A DNA stretch of 64,000 bases from Antedon mediterranea (taxonomy: Eukaryota > Animalia > Echinodermata). The position numbers and the translations under genes are program-made. The stretch is from positions 23,330,871 to 23,394,870 of the forward strand of contig NC_092676.1 of assembly GCF_964355755.1 (NCBI RefSeq). The letters run 5' to 3'. Positions 26,101 through 64,000 of the stretch are shown in pieces. Each line of letters opens with the position of its first letter. Position 1 is the stretch's first letter. Under the pieces are notes generated by a model. It had not been told where the DNA came from. It searched no databases and saw nothing but the letters and a program-made list of their open reading frames with translations.

Positions 26101-28791
26101 ACGACGATCCATTACTGAGCGAGGCATTGGTATCACCTATTATGGACTCCGTAAAGGTTATAGCGTACGGGCTACAAGAGTGCAATTCCAGCGAACCTAA
26201 ACAATTACTACGATGTTTGAAAAATGTCTCTTTTATTAATGAGAACGATTATAGAATATCCTTTAAACCAAATGGAGATCTAGCTACTGGTGCTCGGTAT
26301 GATATAATAAATCTTCAACCTTCGAATGGCTTCCAACCGATATTTCCTCCAAAGTTGATAGGTTCTTGGACTGAAAACGGAGGCTTAGAAATCAATAAAT
26401 CTGCAATATTCTGCACATCACGTGATGGTAACTGTGAACAGAATTGGAAAGACGTGGATATTAATCCGCCGGAATCATTTTGTAGCGCAGACTGTAAATT
26501 TGGATCTCGAAAACATATCATTTGGGATAACATGTGTTGTTGGGAATGCATACCTTGTAGTAACACGGAATATACGAATACAACAAACGCGTTAGAGTGC
26601 AATAAGTGTAGTTATGATGAGGTTGCCAACTCTTCTAAAAACGGATGCAATAAACTACGGCCTTACTACTTTACTCCAAAATATAACAATATAGCCTTGA
26701 TAACCTGCATAGTTATAATGATTGGAATTGCCGTAACTGTTTTAATATTAATTTTCTTTATTGTGAAACGTAGATCAACGGTTGTGCATTTATCATGTGG
26801 AAAACTATTCAAATTTCCTCTGTTAACAAGTATTATCTGCTGTTTTGCTTTCGTGTCGTTTTTATTGTCACCCGTTTCGTCTTTTAGTTGTCTCCTCAGT
26901 GCGACGATACTGTTTCTACCAATTGTTGCATGTGAAGCAATTCTTTTATTTATTTGTTTTACTCACAAACGTGATTCTAAAAAAGCAAAACGGTATAACA
27001 CGTGGATATTTTTCATTATTTTGTCATCTTACACCAGTTGTGTAGCAGTCGGGTATATAATCAAAAAACCAGAATTAGCTAAAGATCCTGATTATGTGAA
27101 AGATATATTAGTGATTGGATGCGAAATGAATTCTGCGATAAGTTGCTATAGCATGGCAACCGTGTTTGTACTATTGCTGGATGTTGTTGGTATAACCATA
27201 GCGTATCGTACCAGAACAACGCAGGGAAATTTCAACGAAGCAAAGTTTATATTTTATACATTTATAGCACATACTATGTTGTGGGTTGCGTTGATTTTGG
27301 TGAAGGTTCTTACAAGTGATGATATAAATAGAACGCACCTTACCAGTGCATTTGGAATGATCGGTTCCGCCAGTATTTTTCTAGCCTGTATGTTTTTCCC
27401 AAAATTAAATGCGTATAAACGCAAACCAGAAGCAAGAATACTTGTGGGAAATAAAAGAGGTTGGAAATTTCGAAGGAAAACGAAAGAGAATACAAGTGAA
27501 AGTTTAATCGAAGTAAGTATTGTATGATGTGACATTTAAAATGTACATCTTGATTGAACTTTTAAATTAGTTTTGATGTTATCAGCATTTTCAGAGTTAA
27601 TAGCTTTCATAGTCTTATTCAATGTAATGGTTACATTTACTTATAGTAATAAAAATGTCCCCATAGTGCATAGAGTAATTAGGTTCAAATAATTTCTTTG
27701 TACTTTTAATGTTTAAATTATAAATATATTTTCCAATTGTCTACATTGTATGATTGGTAAACAGAAATATTGTATTGTGCAGTTTATTGTTATGTATTAT
27801 AATTAATAGTACAGTAATATATTCTGTTTTGTTTCTTTCCGTAGGATTCCAGTAACACCAAACAGCATTTAGTTGATAATCTTAACAAAACAATAGAAGC
27901 GCTTAAAAATGAAACAATGCAGGCAAGACGTGTAATATCTTTATGCAAAGATCACCAACGTGATTTAAGGCAAAGGTTGGTTATTTTAAATGTCTCGCTT
28001 GATTTGTATCTTCATCTATTAAGTTGCTGCCTTTAACAAGCAGAAGATTTTACAACTATACCTACTAGAAGGCCTACTTTCAAGTAGTGACTGTGTGTGA
28101 CAGTGGCCAAGTGTGTGAACTGGTACACCGTTGTGCGATATTTCTTTTCGTACATAAGTCGGGGACCCCTCATGAAACGTCACAAAATAAACATGAATAT
28201 TCATTAGTCATATCCATCAAGTGTGACGTAAGAATTGAGCTAACTACAATCCACTAATGCAAACTCGTCGAGCCGTCTGTTTAGTCGAGTCGATAAGACT
28301 ATGGACGTTACATGTCGATGTATGGGGTTCGAGTCCCATGAGCTTCTTTTTACTTTATAGTGAGAGAGAGAGATTATTTAGAATGTTATGTTTAGTTATT
28401 TAGGAATTAGTTTGGCTATCTTTCACAACTTATGTACGAAAAATAAGATTGCCACCGGGGTACAGCGACACCCCCCCCCCCCCCCACTCATCTCGAAAGA
28501 AAACTGTTCAACCAGAACAATCGAGCGATGCTATATTATAGTTCCACTGCCTTAACCGCTCGGCCACTCACTCACTCATAAATGCGTTTATATTAAATAA
28601 CCTTAAATGAATTTAGGCTACTCTTATGCTCCTAATACTTTTATGATGATAATAAATAAGGATTTTCTTTATCATTTTTCCTTAGATTTTCTCATTCTGA
28701 ATCGGAAATACTCAATAAGCTGTATATTATACGAAACGCCAAGGCCGAGTTATTTTTTTCATCGAATTATATGAAAACAACAAAATGCTAG
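20191..28791 (+). CDS. Class C GPCR, CaSR/GPRC6A/V2R-like (Venus flytrap + cysteine-rich domain + 7TM)
   Basis: Exons 20191-20551 (signal peptide, IGGLF, AMVYMIEKINEDPDFLSNITLG), 21881-21965 (FHIHDYC), 22377-22526 (AVVGPMHS..VASLLSLFKVPEIS), 25247-25486 (FLRNVPSD, FGWSSV, GYG), 25754-27512 (WVASEGW, PESFCS..CCWECIPC, 7TM, NFNEAK, CMFFPK). Probable tail exons 27845-27975 and 28686-28791. All junctions are GT-AG and in phase. An unspliced alternative stop lies at 27527. The last two exons are less certain. Confidence 0.88.
20827..20999. mobile_element. Harbinger-type MITE family 'agctctgtctacact'
   Basis: agctctgtctacac ... gtgtacacagaact, internal atatcactaccatattt twice. Confidence 0.7.
24806..25140. 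repeat. 57-bp tandem repeat, ~6 units, in GPCR intron
   Basis: aggtagatcttaactgactattga recurs at 24806, 24863 ... 25091. Confidence 0.9.
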
Positions 28792-28998
28792 TCAACCAAA
28801 CAGATAAACCTAATTTGACAACATTTGAAGGTAACGCCAATGGCATTGATGATCATAGAAAATGATGACCATAGAAAATGATGCTCATAGAAAATAAACG
28901 TGTTTTTTTTTTGTGTTTATTCATAAAAAGACAACTTTATAAGTAATAGGCCTAAATGTTATGAGACTATGCGAATGTTTCTCAGTGTTATCACCCTG

Positions 28999-31900
28999 TA
29001 AATAAAAGGGTTGAAAGTTTGCCATTTATGTCAAATATGGCTATGATAGCACAATTCACATGCGCAGAACCCATTATTCGACTCTGCGCATGTCAATTGC
29101 GCTATAGTAACCATTTATGTCAAATATGGTTATGATAGCACAATTGACATGCGCAGAACCCATTAGTCGCCTCTGCGCATGTCAATTGCACTATAGTAAC
29201 CATTTATGTCAAAAAATAAAAGGGTCGAAAATCGGCCATTTTTCGAAAATTTCCCTGTACTAGTACAGGGATTTTTAAAAAAAATGGCAAATTTTCGACC
29301 TTGTTATTTTTCGATAAAACTGGTTACTATAGCACAATTAACATGCGCAGAACCCATTAGTCGCCTCTGCGCATTTTTATTATGCTATAGTAACCATTTA
29401 TGTCAAAAAATAAAAGGGTCGAAAATCGGCCATTTTTCAAAAATTTCCCTGTACTAGTGAAAATATGGTTATGATAGCACAATTGACATGCGCAGAACCC
29501 ATTATTCGACTCTGCGCATGTTTATTATGCAATAGTAACCATTTATGTCAAAAAATAAAAGGGTCGAAAATCGGCCTTTTTTTCAAAAAATTTCCCTATA
29601 CTATATATAGTAGAGGGATTTTTTCAAAAAAATGGCCAATTTTCGACCTTTTTATTTTTCGATAAAACTGGTTACTATAGCACAATTAACATGCGCAGAA
29701 CCCATTAGTCGCCTCTGCGCATGCGCAGAACCCATTAGTCGCCTCTGCGCATGTTTATTATTCTATAGTAACCATTTATGTCAAAACTGGTTACTATAGC
29801 ACAATTGACATGCGCAGAACCCATTATTCGTATCTGCGCATGTTTATTATGCAATAGTAACCATTTATGTCAAAAAATAAAAGGGTCGAAAATCGGTCAT
29901 TTTTCGAAGATTTCCCTGTACTATAGTACAGGGATTTTTCAAAAAATGGCCAATTTTCGACCTTTTTATTTTTCGATAAAACTGGTTACTCTAGCACAAT
30001 TGACATGCGCAGAACCCATTAGTCGCCTCTGTGCATGTTTATTATTCTATAGTAACCATTTATGTCGAAACTGGTTACTATAGCACAATTGACATGCGCA
30101 GAGCCCATTATTCGTCTCTGCGCATGTTTATTATGCAATATTAACCATTTATGTCGAAAAATAAAAGGGTCGGAAATCGGCCATTTCTCAAAAATTTCCC
30201 TGTACTATAGTACAGGGATTTTTTTCAAGAAAATGGACAATTTTCGACCTTTATATTTTTCGATAAAACTGGTTACTATAGCACAATTAACATGCGCAGA
30301 ACCCGTTATTTGACTTTGCGCATGTTTATTATGCTATAGTACACTTTTGACATAAATGGTTACTATAGCATAATAAATATGCGCAGAGTCGAATAATGGG
30401 TTCTGCGCATGTCAATTGTGCTATAGTAACCATTTATGTCAAATATGGTTATGATAGCACAATTGACATGCGCAGAACCCATTGTTCGACTCTGCGCATG
30501 TTTAATATGCAATAGTAACCATTTACTTAAAAAAATAAAAGGGTCGAAAATCGGCCATTTTTTTCAAAAATTTCCCTGTACTATAGTACAGGAATTTTTT
30601 CAATGAAAAAATGGCCAATTTTCGACCTTGTTATTTTTCGATAAAACTGGTTATTATAGCACAATTAACATGCGCAGAACCCATTAGTTGCCTATGCGCA
30701 TGTTTATTATGCTATAGAAACCATTTATGTCAAAACTGGTTACTATAGCACAATTGACATGCGCAAAGCCCATTATTCGTCTCTACGCAAGTTTATTATG
30801 CAATAGTAACTATTTATGTCAAAAAATAAAAGGGTCGAAATTCGGTCATTTTTCGAAGATTTCCCTGTACTATAGTACAGGGATTTTTCAAAAAATGGCC
30901 AATTTTCGACCTTTTTATTTTTCGATAAAACTGGTTACTATAGCACAATTGACATGCGCAGAACCCATTAGTCGCCTCTGTGTATGTTTATTATTCTATA
31001 GTAACCATTTATGTCAAAACTTGTTACTATAGCACAATTGACATGCGCAGAGCCCATTATTCGTCTCTGCGCATGTTTATTATGCAATAGTAACCATTTA
31101 TGTCAAAAAATAAAAGTGTCGAAAATCGGCCATTTTTCGAAAATTTCCCTATACATGTACAGGAATTTTTTCAAAAAAATGGCAAATTTTCGACCTTGTT
31201 ATTTTTCGATAAAACTGGTTACTATAGCACAATTAACATGCGCAGAACCCATTCGTCGCCTCTGCGCATGTTTATTATGCTATAGTAACCATTTATGTCA
31301 AAACTGGTCACTGTGGCACAATTGACATGCGCAGAACCCATTAGTCGCCTCTGCGCATGTTTATTATTCTATAGTAACCATTTATGTCAAAACTGGTTAC
31401 TATAGCACAATTGACATGCGCAGAGCCCATTATTCGTCTCTGCGCATGTTTATTATGCTATAGTAACCATTTATGTCAAAACTGGTCACTTTAGCACAAT
31501 TGACAAGCGCAGAACCCATTATTCGTCTCTGCGCATGTTTATTATGCAATAGTAACTATTTATGTCAAAAAATAAAAGGGTCGAAAATCGGCCATTTTTC
31601 GAAAATTTCCCTGTACTATAGTACAGGGTTTTTTCAAAAAATTGCCTATTTTCGACCTTTTTATTTTTCGATAAAACTAGTTACTATAGTACAATTAACA
31701 TGCGCAGAACCCATTATTCGTCTCTGCGCATGTTTATTATGCAATAGTAACCATTTATGTCAAAAAATAAAAGGGTCGGAAATCTGCCATTTTTCGAAAA
31801 ATGGCAAATTTTCGACCTTTTTATTTTTCGATAAAACTGGTTACTATAGCACAATTGACATGCGCAGAAACCATTATTCGCCTCTGCGGATGTTTATTAC

Positions 31901-32935
31901 GCTATAGTAACCATTTATGTCAAAACTGGTTACTAAAGCACAATTGACATGCGCAGAGCCCATTATTCGTCTCTGCGCATGTTTATTATGCAATAGTAAC
32001 CATTTATGTCGAAAAATAAAAGGGTCGGAAATCGGCCATTTTTCGAAAATTTCCCTGTACGATTTTTTAAAAAATGGCCAATTTTCGACCTTGTTATTTT
32101 TTGATAAAACTGGTTACTATAGCACAATTGACATGCGCAGAACCCATTAGTCGCCTCTGCGCATGTTTATTATGCTATAGTAACTATTTATGTTAAAACT
32201 GGTCACTGTGGCACAATTGACATGCGCAGAACCCATTATTTGTCTCTGCGCATAGTTATTATGCAATAGTAACTATTTATGTCAAAAAATAAAAGGGTCG
32301 AAAATCGGTCGTTTTTCGAAAATTTCCATGTACGATTTTTCAAAAAATGACCAATTTTCGACCTTTTTATTTTTCGATAAAACTGGTTACTATAGCACAA
32401 TTAGCATGCGCAGAACCCATTAGTCGACTCTGCGCATGTTTATTATGCTATAGTAACCATTTATGTCAAAACTGGTTACTATAGCACAATTGACATGCGC
32501 AGAACCCATTATTCATCTCTGCGCATGTTTATTATGCTATAGTAACCATTTTTGTCAAAACTGGTTACTATAGCACAATTGACATGCGCAGAACCCATTA
32601 TTCATCTCTGCGCATGTTTATTATGCTATAGTAACCATTTATGTCAAAACTGGTTACTATAGCACAATTGACATGCGCAGAACCCATTATTCATCTCTGC
32701 GCATGTTTATTATGCAATAGTAACCATTTATGTCAAAACTGGTTACTACTGTATAGCACAATTGACATGCGCAGAACCCATTATTCATCTCTGCGCATGT
32801 TTATTATGCTATAGTAACCATTTATGTCAAAACTGGTTACTATAGCACAATTGACATGCGCAGAACCCATTATTCATCTCTGCGCATGTTTATTATGCTA
32901 TAGTAACCATTTTTCAAAAATGTCCCTGTACTATA
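28999..32935. repeat. Complex satellite of two palindromic monomers (A ~89 bp, B ~105-110 bp; A2B ~284 bp)
   Basis: A = ggttactatagcacaattgacatgcgcaga...tctgcgcatgtttattatgctatagtaacc. B = aaaaataaaagggtcgaaaatcggccattttt...ccctgtactatagtacaggg...aaaaatggccaattttcgacctttttattttt. Confidence 0.92.
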
Positions 32936-34423
32936 GTATGCATTCTTAAAGTTTACAAACAAATATTTAAAAAAATAAAATTTAAATATGCTACTATATG
33001 CAGTCTTTTCTTGGTCAAAATAGTGTAGCGCTAGGCCGCATATGGACAATATGCGCACAGCTTGTTGGTGCGGTTGTGGACCGCTAATAGTAATTGATCG
33101 TCAGGTAGGTGTGGGCCTATATAGATTTTATCTATTGAAACAATTGGTAGATAAAAATAATAATACACATGTATCATAAAATCAATTCACAGCAGTATTT
33201 AAAGAAGTTAGGAGCGCTCGCGTTGCGCGTTTAGCGTAAGCCTGCCCGGAGGAGGCTTAGAATCTAAGACCACGGCGCTGAAATTTTAAGGCTAAGACTT
33301 CTTATTGCAATGGTCTTAAATCTAAGACCATCGTTGCTAAGGGTTTCATCTAAGACCGCGGTCAAGACCTTTATTGCAATCCGCCCATGTATTAAATGGC
33401 TTAAATTTATCATGACTTTACCTACGTTGCACACCGTACATACATTTGAATCTTCATTTTGTATTCAACAAATAAGAAATATGAATCGGCCAGTGCTATT
33501 GAATTTACCACGTAACTCTTTAATGAGCACATATAAATAAAGTACAATGTAACGAAATGCGAACAAAAACACTACACAAAACAACATGTAATAAGGTTAT
33601 CAACAACATACATATATTTTAATTAAAAATGGCAATTAAGTGGAGTAAAACAAATATATCTAGAGTTGCATAATATAAAAATCTACACCCTTAAATTGTA
33701 TATACAAGTAATATATATTCTACTGCTATATATATATATTCATTGATTATTCTAATATGTAAAAAAATATTAAAATCTAAACATTTAATATTAAAAGCAT
33801 TACTATAAAAATATACAGTTCAATAATTAAAATAATATATAGATATCTATTAGTTGTATGGATGTGTTACTAAAAGACTTTGATTATAATGTAATTGTAT
33901 TACTTACAAATATAGATTATTTTGCATAGTAAAGAAATACCACATAAATAACGCTTAATACAAATTACATTTGACTATACTACCCATCCTTCGAAACGGC
34001 CCTATTGGGGGATACTTACCATGAAAAAAACACATCCATTGAGCTGTATACTGTTGTAGGCAATTGAGCCCATTTCATTTGGTCAAGGTGAAGAATAATA
34101 ATATTAATTATTCATAATACATTAATAATTAACAAGGTAAATGAGTGGAATGATCTATATACAATAACATTATCAAGGTTACATAATACAAACGTTTACA
34201 AAATATGTAAAATATTTGGTGGGAAAATTACTAAATTTTATAAAACAATTAAATATATAAAATTAAATAAAAAATATATATAATTTAAAGCAGCATTGTC
34301 AACAATACAAAACGATTGTTGAATCAATATCTGCAAACTTCATTGATATCACACTAATCATACTACTGTATGGTTAAAATGTAAACATCTTCAGCTTAGC
34401 ATGTTTTGATTGTCTGATGGCAG

Positions 34424-35030
34424 CATGTGACTGAATAGAAGTGACATCACGATCCATATTTATAGTCCAACATGGTAACATCCTCAAGTTCTTTAAATCA
34501 TGATTGGTTGAAAATGTACCATGTGACTAAATAGAAGTGACATCATGATTTATATTTGTAGTCCAACATGGTAACATCCACAAGTTCTTTAAGTCATGGT
34601 TGGTTGAAAATGTACCATGTGACTGAATAGAAGTGACATCATGATTTATATTTGTAGTCCAACATGGTAACATCCACAAGTTCTTTAAGTCATGGTTGGT
34701 TAAAAATGTACCATGTGACTGAATAGAAATGACATCATGATTTATATTTGTAGTCCAACATGGTAACATCCTCAAGTTCTTTAAGTCATGATTGGTTGAA
34801 AATGTACCATGTGACTGAATAGAAGTGACATCATGTCGATTCATATTTGTAGTCCAACATGGTAAAATCATCAAGTTCTATGTACCCTGTGACTCCATAG
34901 AAATTACGTCACAATTTATACATATTTAGTCTAATATGGTAACATCTTAAAGCTATGTTTTGATTGGTAATGCAGCTTATGACTCAATAGAAGTGACATC
35001 ATCATTCATATGTGGTCCAACATGGTAACT
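34424..35030. repeat. 96-bp tandem repeat (~4.5 good units plus decayed ones) downstream of the ROS1 stop
   Basis: catgtgactgaatagaagtgacatc...gtccaacatggtaacatcc...gaaaatgtac repeated; gives the 32-aa periodic ORF at 34527. Confidence 0.88.
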
Positions 35031-35322
35031 TCCTATTAAGCTGCGTGCGCATTGATTGGCTGTAAAGCAGCATGCGACTCCATATCATTATATTATCACG
35101 ATTCGTATTTATGTGAAGCAACATCCTGAAGTCGTGATTGGCTGTAATTTACGCCCAATATACATACATTAGCATTATGCCATAAATTTGACACTGGTCA
35201 AATAAGTGACAGAATACACGCCATTATTTATTGTCTAAGTATCGTATCAAACATTGCACCCTTTTCTCAAATATGTACAACACTTGAGTTAACATATTTC
35301 TTATCATCTTCATTTGAATCGG

Positions 35323-63454
<28,132 letters not shown>

Positions 63455-64000
63455 CTGTAAAAATGTTCACAAAGAAAACAAGAAAATATTATAATCATAA
63501 TCTATTCTTTTCATTCATATTAATCTTAATGTGAATTTATGAAGTTTGTTTAAATCGTTTATTTATATGCAAGTCATAAAATGTAAATTTGCCTTTTTAT
63601 TCCTAGATTTTTAATGTTTTATTTATCTATAATACACTAAGATATTTAAATATAATCTTAGTGTTAAATAGTTAAAATCTAAATGGATTTTAACTATTTC
63701 ATTCTTTATTAAGAATTTCAATGTATTTGAATTATAACTGTCTTTTTAATTTTCATTTTGGAGGCTACTTGTCAGTGATTCATTTCACATTTTGGTTTTA
63801 AAAGAAAAAAAACAAAAGAAAGGAAATAAAAATCCAAATGACTGGGAAAGAAAGAAAAGGAAACACTGTACAGACTAGTCTAGACTTTTAGAATTTTAGT
63901 TGAAATTTGAGAGACACAATATACTTTTTGTTTCTGAAAAACAACTCCTTTGAAAAATATGATTACTTAAGCTTTGTCTGCACTATCAAACTTTATTTGA

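Noticed and set aside
25907-27535. Minus-strand ORFs over the GPCR exon (the plus-strand ORF 35423-35818 over ROS1 is the same case)
   Set aside because: Antisense shadows of real coding exons.
29206-32150. Repeated ORFs 'MSKLVTIAQLTCAEP...' and a CRISPR-like look
   Set aside because: Satellite translations. The loops between palindromic arms are near-identical rather than unique spacers, there are no cas genes, and the DNA is eukaryotic.

Overview
This is AT-rich metazoan genomic DNA with GT-AG introns. It is not prokaryotic; the repeat content and protein style suggest an invertebrate deuterostome such as an echinoderm (inference). Three spliced genes can be built by hand. (1) The 3' polymerase-domain exons of DNA polymerase theta (POLQ, + strand, 487-8995). 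(2) An apparently complete class C GPCR of the CaSR/GPRC6A/V2R amino-acid-sensor type (+ strand, 20191 to 27527 or 28791). (3) Most of a ROS1/sevenless receptor tyrosine kinase (- strand, 37 exons from 63454 down to 35323; the 5' end lies beyond the window). Introns and spacers are full of non-autonomous elements: PIF/Harbinger-type and Tc1/mariner-type MITEs, Deu-domain-like tRNA SINEs, Helentron-like pieces, a nested foldback element, a Penelope fragment with a minimal hammerhead ribozyme, and several satellites. The most interesting points are: the POLQ - class C GPCR - ROS1 order, which joins two separate human neighbourhoods; the GPCR's degenerate TM3/ICL2 with a possible coiled-coil tail; the sense-strand intronic hammerhead; a ~4 kb satellite made of palindromes; and minisatellites growing inside MITEs. 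No CRISPR array, rRNA or intact transposase was seen, and nothing here is a demonstrated new system. Most long ORFs in the supplied track are repeat artefacts.
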